64,000 nucleotides of DNA from the human T2T-CHM13v2.0 reference genome, Homo sapiens: assembly GCF_009914755.1 (NCBI RefSeq), contig NC_060937.1, one strand, 5' to 3'. The first letter of the stretch is position 1. The number at the start of each line of letters is the position of its first letter. Of the stretch, positions 41,839-55,300 are shown one piece after another. The translations under genes were made by a program, and so were the position numbers. The notes beneath the pieces are model-generated. The model was not told where the DNA came from, ran no database searches, and was given only the letters and a program-made list of their open reading frames with translations.

Positions 41839-44800
41839 AGTCCTGAAGAGGGACACAGGTCCCAGTACATCCTTAGCTCCAAGTGAGATCTTATAGCCTA
41901 GAGGAGACCAGGATTTCAAAGCAAGGCCACCCCCTGCCACTAGGGGTTCCACAATTTGATAATTTAGGTCATTTAGCGTACCAGGATCTCCTATTATATT
42001 TCCTACTTGTAGACTAAAAGGATCCCTAAATATTCTTTGTGTTCCAAGATGAATGTTAATTATACCACTCATGATTATAACAAGATGAGGTTTAGTAGAT
42101 AAAGCAGCCACTCTACAGATATCAGAAAGGATAGTTAAGGATCTGAAAGATCTTTTCAGTGACATACTGTTTAGTGACTTGAACAGGAACAAATTATTAA
42201 TATATTTTACTTTTAATGATGTGCTAACACTTTGTTTGAACTAAAGTTTCAGGTTTTCAACTAAGCATAGGCGTACCCAACATTTTTTTCCATAATAGTT
42301 ATTGGAAACAAGGTTTTCATCTTATTTGATGTGATAAAATGATACTCTTCCACCCTCACATAATTATAGGCAGGAGCCTCATTGATGAATGTGCTATTTC
42401 CTTCATTTGCAGGTAGGTACTTACATTGGGCTTATCTAACTCAATGAGTAATCATAATTACATAATTACAATGAGAATCATAATTATTGCACACATAAGA
42501 ACTGGGACTTTATTTTCCTGCTATTAAAATGTATTGTTTCATATTTACAGTTGTGAGGAGGACTTTTAAAAGTATTAAAGAAATATATAAAAATGACTAA
42601 AATAAGTAGGAGAACTTTCTGGGGTCCTTAAAAATAGGATAGTGTTAAATAAAAATAAAAGATTGAAGGATCAATTAATAAGTACTTTATGGTGTGATGG
42701 GTACTGCTTATTCATCCCCACTGGGGAAATAACATAAGGTTAAAAACCCTTGTTCTTTCAGCTCCTCTCTGATCCCTTGGCTGGAATTTCTCATATCTGA
42801 GGTGTCTTTTTTACCTTTGTCTCAACAATTCTTCTGGGCCAGGCTTAACTACATGGTGTGACAGAACTCATCTTGAAGGATAAACATGACAGATTATTCA
42901 ACTAAGACTCAATAGTGGCTGAGCGAAGAAGCTACATCCAGCAACCTGGCCACAGGGTAGGCGCTGGAATACCTCATTAGAGCCAGAGGGTTCAGTGCTG
43001 AGGGTAGCAAGTTCTTTTTACAATTAGTTATGCCTAATGTCCTATGTTTGCTCTGTCTCTGTCATTCCGTAGTAAATTTCTGGAGGCCAGGAATTGTGTA
43101 TTCATTTCAATTCCCCACAGCATCTCATAGGGAGCTTGGCACCTGTATTATTCATCATTGACTTATAGCCAAGTCAAGGTTAACCTATAAGCACTAATGC
43201 TGACAGAAATGAATGAAATCCTTTCTTTTTTTGAGCATATCTCATTTTCCATTTCATGTGATTGAGGAAGAGAGTATTTGCTTTGAGATGAGGTTTAAAT
43301 TAGATTATTCAATAAGATTCCTTCTGGTTCTAGGATTCCAGAATTAAGTGCCAATTAATGAAGCCTCAGAATGCTGATTGCCAAAAGAATTGATTACTTT
43401 GACTTAAGGTATATGCTAAGGAGTAGACCTTATGTTGGATACTGCCTCATGGTATGAACAGGCATTCTTTTCTCAGATGTCTCCTGAGTCATTTACATGT
43501 GTTTTGGGTGAGATTGGTCTTTTTAATGGGCACAAGAGGCAAAAAGTAAAGTCTTCCTTCCCAGTATTCATGTAATTGTTACCGATCTTCAGGGCTCATA
43601 GCAATAAGCAGGCTGTGGAGTTGATGAGGAGGCTGGTTGAAAAGCCCTATTAGAGGTGAACAGGGTCCTCTCCCTCGTACTCATTTGCACCGCTGGTAGA
43701 GTTAATGTTTTGAGTCTGAAGGACACTATGACTGTTATCAGTTTTATTGGACAAGTGAATATAAAGGTAATTAAAGAGACCATGCCTAATAACCCAACTC
43801 TTACAATTTAAAAGTAAGAAAGAGGCCTGATAGGGTACCAGGGATATACCTATCATCCTAATTAAGTGCTAACAAGACAGTTGTCCTCACTTTGGTAACT
43901 TCAGTATATTCCCTGTGTTAACTATCTCCAACCAGTGGACTCATCTACAATTCTTAATTCTGCTCCATGGTTACCCTTCTTCATTCTCCACACGAGCAAT
44001 GTTTCTATAGGCTTCAGTGTTTAGCAGGTGGTGTCCCAAATGCACTCACCCCAAATTGCCCATCCAGTTTATTCATTCATCCACCTTTTCACACCTTCCC
44101 CCTGCAGTTCAGATTTGGCCAAATTGCCACACAGTTTGCACTTACCATCTCCTCCAGCATTTCTACTTTATTAAGCAAGCACATCTCATAAATGAAAACA
44201 AGAGGAGACGTGTGGCAAGCCCATTCTCTTATTTCACTAAAAATTTTAAAAATCACCTACCCAACACGTAGTGCTTCAGGAATGTGAGTAGAGATAAATC
44301 CAATGAATCAGTAGAGATAAATCCAATATTTAAATGAACATGCATAATCGAGTGGCAATTTTCTAAATAAGAGAAGCCTCTGGCTCTAGCTGTATTTAAA
44401 GACACCTCAATATTTTGATTAAATATGCCAAAAGGCAGAAAATGTTTTTAGAAATGTATAACAATGGTTTATGATGTACAAGGCAAAGAAAAACTCTTGT
44501 ATAATTACCTAAAACCTCCCAATTTTATTTGAGAATTTGTTTAGCATCTCTTTTTAGCCTTGTTAACTGTAAGTTTGAGTTCTGAGAATGAATGGCATTG
44601 ACATTTTCTGTGAGGTGGATGAAGAAAGTGAAATCCGGAGAGCCTGATTGATCCATCAATATTTGCTGAATGTTAATTCTAAGAAAAAATGGACTAGCCA
44701 TTTCTGTATATAGCCAACAGGCCCAGGTATAGTTACATTAACATGACACTAACCTAAATAGAGAATTTGTTGGTGACGTTATGACACTTTACTCCTGATC

Positions 44801-45210
44801 ATAATTTACAAATAATAATTTTCTTTAGGCATAATAAACTTTTACTGTGCACAGCAATGTAAAAGGAGACTATTTGAAACACAGGAAATGATTATTCTCT
44901 ATTCAAATACATCTCACTGAAACTACTGTATCTTTTCTTTGTTCACACATTTTTCCCTTGACATTATTTTTTAATTTCTTCCTTATAAGACCTTCTACCA
45001 AAGTAGTTTGTTTCTGTAATTTTCTAACTTTCAGTATGTATATAAAGAATTACATTTTTAAATCTTTTATAATATTTTACTTGGAATTTTAAGATATAAC
45101 TTCTGGTCAAGTCCAATATATTTCTTCAAAATTAAGTCTTTATCAAAGAAGAGAGGTATTTGATTCTGTGTGATAATTGCTTATGGATATGAAATAATCA
45201 GTCAAGATCA

Positions 45211-45519
<309 letters not shown>

Positions 45520-45689
45520 CTAGATACTTGATGAATGGCAGGGTTAGAATCATAGAAGCTAGCTGGCCCTGAATTGTTGATCAGTTAAAAATGATCATGG
45601 GGTTTTTAGAATAAAGAAATGACATCATAGAAGTAGTCTTTTTATACAGTGTGTTAGGTAGTGTAGAGAAAATACTTTTTTTAATACAC

Positions 45690-46952
45690 AGAATTAATTC
45701 AGCATGCAGAAAAGGCAAACCAATGGCATTTCCCTAATATAGTTGGAATAGGCAATTCAGGATTCTCATTAGAGCTATCAGTGACTGAAAATAGGCAGCA
45801 AAATTGGCAAAATCCATTTGTGTGTGTTGAAAACACTCAGTAAAATAGGAATGGATCTCTATTTCTTTAAAATGATAAAACATACACTTTAGACCAAAAG
45901 CCAGCATCTTACTTAATGGGGAAACATTAGAGGCTTTCCCATTAAAGTTGGGAATAGAATAAGATTTAAGATTGCCCATTATTTTCACTATTATTTCACA
46001 TTGTGTTGATAGTATCAGCCAAGAAAATTAGAAAAATGAAAGTAATTAGAAGTGAAAGAAAGAGACAAAACCACTTATATTTGTTGGTGACATGGCATGG
46101 AGGAAAAACTACTACAGAAGATATTAGCAATCATAAATAAAAACAAAATCCATGTTCAACATTCTCAAGAGCCAATTGAATAGACTCTCATTGGCCAAAA
46201 ATGGGACAGTTTAAATATCAGTAAGAATAATGAGCATAACTGACTGAAACACATGAAATGTGCTTAAATCCATGAGTTCACAATAATGCTAAAATTTAAT
46301 ATTCCTAATTGGTCACCATTTACATTTAAAATTTAAGTTCCTAATTGGTCACCATCTAGTATTAAAGGGTACTAGAGAACCAATTAATTACTGGCAAACT
46401 GGCAAATAAAGGGAAATAATCAGGCATTTATTCTGCCTTTCTCATGTGAATTGTAACCAAATAGTATGTAAGAGGAAGTTTCTCTTTATGGAAGAATTCC
46501 AACTAATACATAAAAAAGGAATGATAATTAGAAGATCCTTATTTTGCAAGCACTAAGGAACTAACAGATCTAGGCATTGGTCATCAGTAGCTGCTAACAA
46601 AACAAAAATAAGACAATCAGAAATTATGAACCTCCTGGTGGAAGAATACAATAGCATCCATGAAGCAGTTTTGCCATTAAAAATTTTTAGCATGAAACTA
46701 CTTAATCTTTAAAGCATCTACTTATTTGTAATTATTGAAGAAGATAGAGAGGCATTTAAACTACACCATGGGGATGCATTCAGTAAAATCCAAACTTTGA
46801 GAAACTCTATGTGGTAAACATTGTTTTTCAACTTAAGTTGCAAAGAAATAAAAATGGACAAAGAATGACCCTGTGGATTAGATGAGATACATGATACATA
46901 TGAACCAATCACGATGGATGAACTAGATTTGGATCCTGTTTAAAAAAGAAAA
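45690..46952 (+). mobile_element. L1MC-like relic: ORF2 RT fragment joined to 3'UTR
   Basis: ccagcatcttacttaatggggaaacattagaggctttcccattaaag...tatttgttggtgacatg, then cattggccaaaaatgggacagtttaaatatc...tttggatcctg. Confidence 0.75.
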
Positions 46953-46954
46953 TA

Positions 46955-47305
46955 CCTCTGTGGTGACTCCTGCAAGATCTCACTGTTCCCACCACTGAGG
47001 AAAGTTGACAATGGTACCTGGTCCTAGTATTAGAGTTCAGACCTCACCTTCCTTGCTACCGCCTGTCCAGGAACAGCCTCTGTACATTGCAGTGTCTGCA
47101 CCCTCACGGTGCTCTTTCCTGAGTCTCCATCTTGAGAGCGTTGGCAAAGCCCAAGTCACATTCCTCGACCTCAGCTATAGGAAGGCCAGGAAAGTGAATA
47201 TCTGACTGCTCCCACGGGGAGAAAGTCCTCCTAGTGTGGGAAGTTCCCCAACAAAGGAAGGTATTCAAAACACTGGATAACCACAAAGTGTCACAAATGT
47301 CTATT
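46955..47305 (-). mobile_element. Old MaLR LTR (MLT1L/M/N-like)
   Basis: agctataggaaggccaggaaagtgaatatctg...aaggaaggtattca...acaaatgtcta. Confidence 0.6.
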
Positions 47306-47777
47306 CCAGAAGTTTTTATTTTAAGAAAAGTTAATTAGAAATGTATGATCACTAACAACACCATGGCTTCTAGACTGATGTTAGTTTGATGAAAGCTGGA
47401 TTTCTGTCAGTCATACAGACGTGTGGTGAAATTCAGCCATAATTGAAATAGAGTGGGATTAGTGAATGCAATACAAATCCTACTTTATGTGCTATTTCTT
47501 TAAATCTTTATGCATATTGAAGTATTTTAAAACATGGTAAATAGATGTTATGACTTTCTACTTAAATGTTTCAATAAAGTAATTTTAAATATTTTAAAGC
47601 ATATATTAAATTAATTTTTATTTTAGTCAAAATAAAACACACTAATTGTATTATTACTAAAAGACAGTGCAAAAGAGCTTTATGCTCCCCACCTACTGCT
47701 GTGCTCACCTTTTAGCAATGTATTCTGCTATTTGTGTCCATTTTCAAAATAGTGTGCATATACTGATTTGATTCTTC

Positions 47778-48089
47778 TGTTTTATTTTATTTTTTACTTA
47801 CTTTTTATTTTTGTTAGAGACAAAGTCTCATTCCACCACCCAGACAGGAGTGCAGTGGTGCGATCGCAGTTCACTTAACCTCAACCTCCTGGCCTCAGAT
47901 AAGCCACCCAAGTAGCTGACACTGTAGGTTTGTACCACAATATTCAGCTAATCTGTTTTGCTGTTGTTGTTTGTAGAGACAGAGTCTCCCTATGTTGTCC
48001 AGGCTAGTTTTGAACTCCTGACCTCAAATGATCCTCCTGCCTTGACCTCCCAAAGTCTTGGGATATAGGCATGAGCCATAACGCCCAGC
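47778..48089 (-). mobile_element. AluJ SINE within old L1M-like sequence
   Basis: gagacaaagtctc...gatcgcagttcac...tttgtagagacagagtctccctatgttgtccaggct...atgatcctcctgccttg. Confidence 0.93.
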
Positions 48090-48639
48090 CCACTATTTAA
48101 TTTTAGATTTAATTGGTCAACTGACTTCAATTATGATGAGTTAGGATTTTAATCTCCCAGTTTCTTTTTCCTAATCCTCCTTTAATTCTCAAAATATAGT
48201 TATATTACAATCTTAGGTTAACTTTTTACCTAGTAGTTTTTTTAAAAAGTGATCATGTTCATTTTTAAGCCATGTAATATATATAAATTATATTTCCTTC
48301 ATTTTATGTCTTTTCAACTATTGCTGTAGCCTGTTTGCTTTTTAAATTTTTCTTAATTTTTTAATCTAAGCCTAAGTCTTCTGTACTCCGATAACTCTGT
48401 GCAATGCCTCTCAATTCAATTTTGCACATAGTCAAAACTATCAAAGAGTCGCTTTGCTTCTCTTCTGAATAAATTCTTCCTGAAGATTCTGAAGCAATCT
48501 GGACTGGTTGCTTTCCAGGCCTGCTGCCAAGTGCTCATAATTGTTAATACTGAATATATCAAAAAGGAACCGAGAGACTTTCATATGCCAAGTTTTATAT
48601 GAAGTATTCGACACACATAACTTCACTGAGTCCTTACAC

Positions 48640-49085
48640 GTTTCATTCATTCAATAAATATTTATTAGCATTTACTAAGTGCCATATGCTGAGTTAGTGG
48701 ATGGGCATATACTATTGTATAAACCGATGTGGTTCATGGCCACATGGAACTTACAGTCTCAGAGAAAAAGCAGGTGGAAATCATACCCTGAGATAAGCGG
48801 AGGGTGCAATGAGCACATATAAAGTTTGGGAAAATCTCTGAGAAACTGACACTTGAGTTGGCACCTGACGGATTTGTTGAAATCATTTAGGCACAGTGGC
48901 TGATGAGAAGAAGGGAAGTGGGAGAGGATATTCCAGCGAGAGGATGATGGCGCATGTTCAGGTCCTCTGGCTGGGTAGAGTTCCACATTTGCAGCCCTGG
49001 AGATTTTAGGTACAGAAGCATATGATGTGCCTGGAGTGAAGGGGAGATCAGTCAGGGGCCCAGGTGCTATGCTGCAGATTTCATT
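48640..49085 (-). mobile_element. L2 3' part
   Basis: ttcattcattcaataaatatttattagcatttactaagtgcca...ggaacttacagtct...aactgacacttgagttgg. Confidence 0.85.
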
Positions 49086-50313
49086 TAATATCTACTTCTG
49101 GCTCCTGCAATTTGACAATCTCTTTAGGTTTATTATACATTGGTTTCCTCATTTTGGCTTTATTTTCCTACTTTTTTAGGCATCGGAAGCTCTCAGAAGA
49201 ATAACTACTTGCTCTCATCTTGATCCATAGGAATTGACCAGCTGACCAGCTGGCTAAGTACCCAAATGTGTGTGGTGAGGGTGAGACTTAAAAACAGAGC
49301 TCAACATCTGAAATCTAGAAAAATTTGGTGCCAGTGTTCTTCATACGAAGTTAGTGATGCGCTGCCAGTATTGCAACAGCATCCTCCTGGGACACATTTC
49401 TAAGTAGGTGCTCTTTATTTATTATGGACAACTCTCTGATGAGGGACTAGGGGAAGGTGGCAGAAGCAGAAGAGATATGGTGTTAAGCTATGAATCACGG
49501 CATCTTTCCCAAAGAAAGAATTCAGTGCAGACACATGGCCTGGGACAATGGCATATTCACACTCAGAAAACTTGGTTAACAAATTGTCAGAAAAAAAAAT
49601 CAAGCAGATCTAAAAATCAAGCAGATCTATTGATGCTACAGAAAAAAAGGATTAGAAGAACTTGAATTGTTCAAATTCAAAACAAAACAAACCTGAATAC
49701 CAAAAACAATTTGTTGGTCAAGAAGTACCTGAATCATAGTGCTATTTCAGAAGGTGTAGATCCTTTGAGAATCTTTTCACTCTTTGTTTGTAAGGCAATC
49801 TTTTACTGCTCCACTTATGGAGAGAAAGCATTTGGAGAAAAATGCTAGCTTGATAAATGTTTGAACTATTGTAGTATTGGATACATGCCCAAATGTCATT
49901 TATCACATTGAAATTAAGCTCTTCTTTGCATAGGTAATTGTGATGCCTATAGTTGATAGCTGTTTGCAGGAGTGATCCAGTCTGAATGATGTATTTTCCC
50001 TCACATTCTTCCCAGTGATGGACAGTCTGTATCTGCCTCCTGCCAGCCGCATTGCAAACATAATATGCTCTTTGCAGTTTCAATCAAAATGTATGTTGTT
50101 TTAAACTGGATGATGTTTGGTAAAGTTCTTTAGCTTAAGGAAAAATATTTTGTGCTCTGTCACACTTAATAATAACTCCCACATGCTTGAGTCATGTCGA
50201 TCACATTCAGGGATTTTCAGAAGAGTTTGTTTTTCTGTGACCGTAGTCAGTAACAAGATGCAGGCAGAAAACAAGACTCTTAACTTGAATTCTGCTGTTG
50301 GAAGGCAAAATAA

Positions 50314-50718
<405 letters not shown>

Positions 50719-51116
50719 TGCTGTCTCCATGCCTCTTATGGATGTGTCTGTATTGACTATCTCAGAGGATGACTGCTAGAAGGCAGGGACCTGGTTTATG
50801 TCATTCTTTGTACACAGACCCAAGAACAATGAAGAACTTGCTAAAGCTATTGGATGTGATGCCCAGAATTTATAATCTGAAGCTGTCATTTGAGATTGTT
50901 ACGGCTGCTGGAGCTGATAATGTATGGGTAGTTTATTGATTGGAATACTGGAGCTTAAGTCTAGCCCCTGGACCATAAACCAAAATTTGCCTGATTTCAG
51001 AGATAATTTTTGATGGACTTACCCTAACCTATCTCAGATGACACTCACATATAAGTCAGAATATAAACTTAATAATGAAAATATACATATTTACCTCTTT
51101 CTTTCTTCAATCTCTA

Positions 51117-51245
51117 CCTTCCTTCCCTCCTGCCTTCCTGCCCTTCCTTCCTCCCTCCCTTCCTTCCTTCCTCCCCCCCTTCTTCCCTCCCTCCCTCCCT
51201 TCTTCCCTCCTTCCCTTTCTTCCTTTCTTCCTTCCCTCTTTCCTT
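51117..51245. repeat. (CCTT/CCCT)n polypyrimidine tract
   Basis: About 130 nt almost purely C/T. Confidence 0.95.
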
Positions 51246-51594
51246 AAGTGGTTTAGTAAATTCCTCCTCTTTGCTTGAACTTTTATATAGTTTCTCCTAT
51301 TTGTGAATGCTCCCATGTTAATGATGAAGAAATTAAAATTCCAAAATGTTCAATAACCCATTCATGTTCACAAAGCTCATATATAGCAGAACACCAATAA
51401 GAATTGAGATCCGTATAGCTTCAAAGCTACTACTGTTTTATTTATTTTATTTTTACTACATTGAAATATATAGTCTTCTGGTCTACTAATTGCCTTTTTT
51501 TAATAGGAAATTCTTCATGGAAAACTGTACTGTAACTGGAAGTATTTGAAAATCAAAGTAAGAGATGAGCTGAATGATATAACACAGGACTGCT

Positions 51595-52331
51595 GTAATT
51601 GACCAGTTTAGCCGGATTATTTTATTTTATCTAGGGATATAGCAACCAAAGGAATCCTGAGTTTAATTTTATAAGTCAGAGTACCCTTTCAGATGTGCAG
51701 TATTTGAGATATTAGAATAATTTTTTTCTCTTTGGGCTCTCCCTTTTTCTAAACCTGTTGTCCTTCAGATAGGACACAGTATTACTAACCAGATGAGAAA
51801 AGACATTGTTGACATGCCGAAAATGGCAGATCAAAGGAGCCAAGGAGCCTGGGTCCTTAAAAGCATAATGGAGCCACTGACCTTATTTACTTTTTTTTTT
51901 TTTTTTTTTTTTTGAGATGGAGTCTTGCTCTGCTGCCGAGGCTAGAGTGCAGTGGCACGATCTCTACTCACTGCAACCTCTGCCTCCCCGGGTTCACACA
52001 ATTCTCCTGCCTCAGCCTCCCAAGTAGCTGGGATTACAGGCACCCACCAGCATGCCTGGCTAATTTCTGTATTTTTAATAGAGATGGGGTTTCACCATGT
52101 TAGCCAGGCCGGTTTCAAACTCCTGACCTCAAGTGATCCACCAGCCTCGGCCTCCCAAAGTGCTGGCATTACAGGTGTGAGCCACTGCACCAGGCCCACT
52201 GACCTTATATTGATACTGCCTATCTCCAAACTACTTAATTAAAAAAAAAAGCCCAAATATATATATTTATGGTTTACATCACTATTAGTCAAATTGTTTT
52301 GTGACTAGCAACTGAAAGCATTAATGATACA
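51595..52331 (+). mobile_element. Old MaLR LTR (MLT1K/L-like), split by an Alu
   Basis: aaggagcctgggtcctt...atggagccactga...actgcctatctccaaactactt...tgtgactagcaactgaaagcattaatgataca. Confidence 0.7.
51890..52196 (-). mobile_element. AluS (Sx/Sz-like)
   Basis: T23 tail, full dimer; TSD cactgaccttat at 51875-51886 and 52197-52208. Confidence 0.97.
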
Positions 52332-55300
52332 TTGAACTTGTTGGAGTACAGCAGGCTCTGCCTAAGTTGATACAAATACTGGAAAAGTACTATTAAATAT
52401 GAGTACTGGAAAATCACATTTGTGATGATTTTGGATTGTTTATCTCTTTGCTTGGCCCACCCGTAAAATCAAGTTTCAGGCTAAAGGAGAAAAGTCTCAG
52501 TACTTTTTCCAGTATCAAAAAATGCTTTTAGATTAGCAGTGTCCTTACCCTTGAAGAATCTGCTGTTTCATGAAGAGGTGATCTTCCCATGTCTGAGAGG
52601 AGGCTGAATGTCATGGATGCTGTGAAAGGATGGCTGTGCTGGCTGGGACGTTGGATAAGGTGACCTCTTCTAAGTTTTAATGCCTGTGATTTTCTAAGTG
52701 TCGCTGCCTTTAAATGGAAGTGGCCTCTTCATCACAGAGTCTTCATTGAGAAGAATTTGAGCAAAGGACCCGTATCCATGGTTTGGTTCTGCCTCGACCT
52801 AGCATTGTGATTTTGAGAAATTAGCTTCCCCAAGTTTCTAGTTTTATTTTCTCTAACAATGAGATAATTTTCAATTAAAACAATTAGTTGGACACTCCCT
52901 CCTCCATCTCCTTCTTTCCCTTTTTCTTCATTTTAATGGCTTATTACGTGGAGCCCCATATTTAGACCCATAGGAGAAGAGACGGTCTGGTCTTCCAGAG
53001 ACGAGGTTGAAGTTCTGCTTTTCTGGCTTCCTTCTCATTTTAACCCTCTCCTCCCTGTGGAGCTGAGGAATGTGTAGAACATAGTTTGACAAACTCTGTC
53101 TTAAATGTCACTGAGTTCTTTTAAATGAGAGCCTTCTATGATTCTACCACAGATTGAGCACAGAGTCATAACAAGAAGATCACAGCATTTACATCCGCCG
53201 AGAGGAGGCAAACTGACCTGTTGTTTTTCCCTCTATTGTTGAGTTAATATTGACTGAAGCCATTGTACCCATTGGCCCATGAACGTAAAGAAGTTTTATC
53301 AAAGAGCTATTAAGAACATGGAGTCATTTTGCTTACTTCTTAGGCCTTATCCAAATTTTAATATATGGTGACTTTGAATGCAAGATTTCAGACCGTTCTA
53401 CTAAACTTCCAATCTCATTATACAAATGTTCTGATACAAGAGTCTTTGGTCACTTTTCACACAATGAGACTTTTTAGGCCTCATACAAATGACGCTATTT
53501 TTATACTGGGGCAAAATAACCTGATCACATTTCTTCTTTGTGTCTGAACTAAAGCTTGCCTTCTTCCTGAATGTGTGCCTTGAAATAAATGTGTAAATTA
53601 ACACTAAAAATTTCATTCCTAAAGAGATTTCTTTATGCTTGTTTTATATCAAGTTCTTACTCTGCTTACACATTAAAGTTATAAAATGCATAGACATGGC
53701 CGTTATTAAACTTTGAAGATCTGGCATGCTTCTATGTGAATATTATTTCATCTATAGCCTTTGAATTGAGAAACTCCTTTGTGTGATTTCAACAACCTTT
53801 TGTCCAGAGTTAAATGCACTGACAGGGCTTTTAGACAGAGCCACAGAAAATTCTCTGCTGAATACTTAATCAGTTCCTAAGTTGGCAGGCTTCCTCTTTT
53901 CCTTTCTTCAAGACTATGTGGCTAGACTACTAGAGATTTTTATTTGTCACTGAAAGTTTAAGACTAAATAATTTGGATATACTCTATATCATATTATTTT
54001 CATCACATACATTCAATGTTTTATACAATGTACATACACTGAGGTATGTTGAAATTTTATCATTTTTGAAAAATGGGTTTATGTTTTTACTAGTGCATTC
54101 CTTTACATTCAATAGCTTAATTCTTAATTATTTCACCTAATAGGATTACTATAATCTCTTTACATTTTAATACAGAAATCTGAATCAGATGAGATCCTAT
54201 GTCTAGCAATTAAACAGAAGATTATTGGGCAATGAAAAATGTATTGAAAATTGCTGTTAAACTGAGTAAACAATGATGGAGGGAAGCCAGTGACATTCAA
54301 AATTTTCTCTTTGTCTAGTGCTTCACAGCAGGAACTGTTTCTGGCAGCTTGGTGAACCAAGAAAGGCAATATTCTTCTGGGGTGAGTTCTTATTCATTGG
54401 CTATCTGGAGTGCATGGAGAAGAGCTTGACTGGTTGGCTGATTCCTGTTCCCCCACTTTCTAAGGAATCAGTTCAACCACATGTTTTCTCATTGTCAACT
54501 TTATATAAATAGACTTCCCTTGGCTATTGTTGGTCTTTCGAAGAAGGATTGAATCTTGTTGAAGTTTCTTTCTTACAGACATAGAAAATGCTGGTAGCCA
54601 TAACACTCCAAACTATTTTTCTGGATCTTAATTTGACTAGGGAGAGAGAAGGTCATTTTTGTTTAAACAGGGATTGCATTTTACAGAAACATTGCCTTGA
54701 GAGACACAACATGAATTACAACATCATGATGTATTCAGCCAGATGTCTGCAAGACAGAAAATCACGTGACTGAGCAAGGCATGTGAATGTTCTTAAAGGG
54801 GGAGAAATAGAAAAGAAAAACCAAACATGCATCAGATATTTCCTTTTTGCATCACATTATTCCCAATCATATGGATGCCTTATGTTTATAACTTGCCAAT
54901 TATGAATTTCCCCTCATGTATATTAAACTTAAGGATCACTATAATTTTAATCTTGTTAACAAATTTGCTGTTTGTCTATATCTATTTAGGAGATTAGCAT
55001 CCAGGGCTCATTAGGTATCTGTTAGGATGGTTGTTAGGGCATAGTGAGAAATTATTTTTTGGCACTCACAACAAATGTATATGGATATACATTTAGTTTC
55101 TTGGGATCCTAGTCCATGTATTTGAAAAGTATATGTACTTGACGATCCTGAGCAAAACTGGAATCATTTGAATTAATTCATCTTTTTTTTTCACAATTGG
55201 CAATCTCACGCTCAGTATATTAATACATATTCACTAAATAATCATAGTGTAGTTTGTAGTTTCTCAGTTGCACAGAAATGGTTGGGCTCTTTCAGGGATC

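Noticed and set aside
51038-51316. Pro/Ser/Leu-rich and Gly/Arg/Lys-rich ORFs
   Set aside because: Translations of the (CCTT)n simple repeat.
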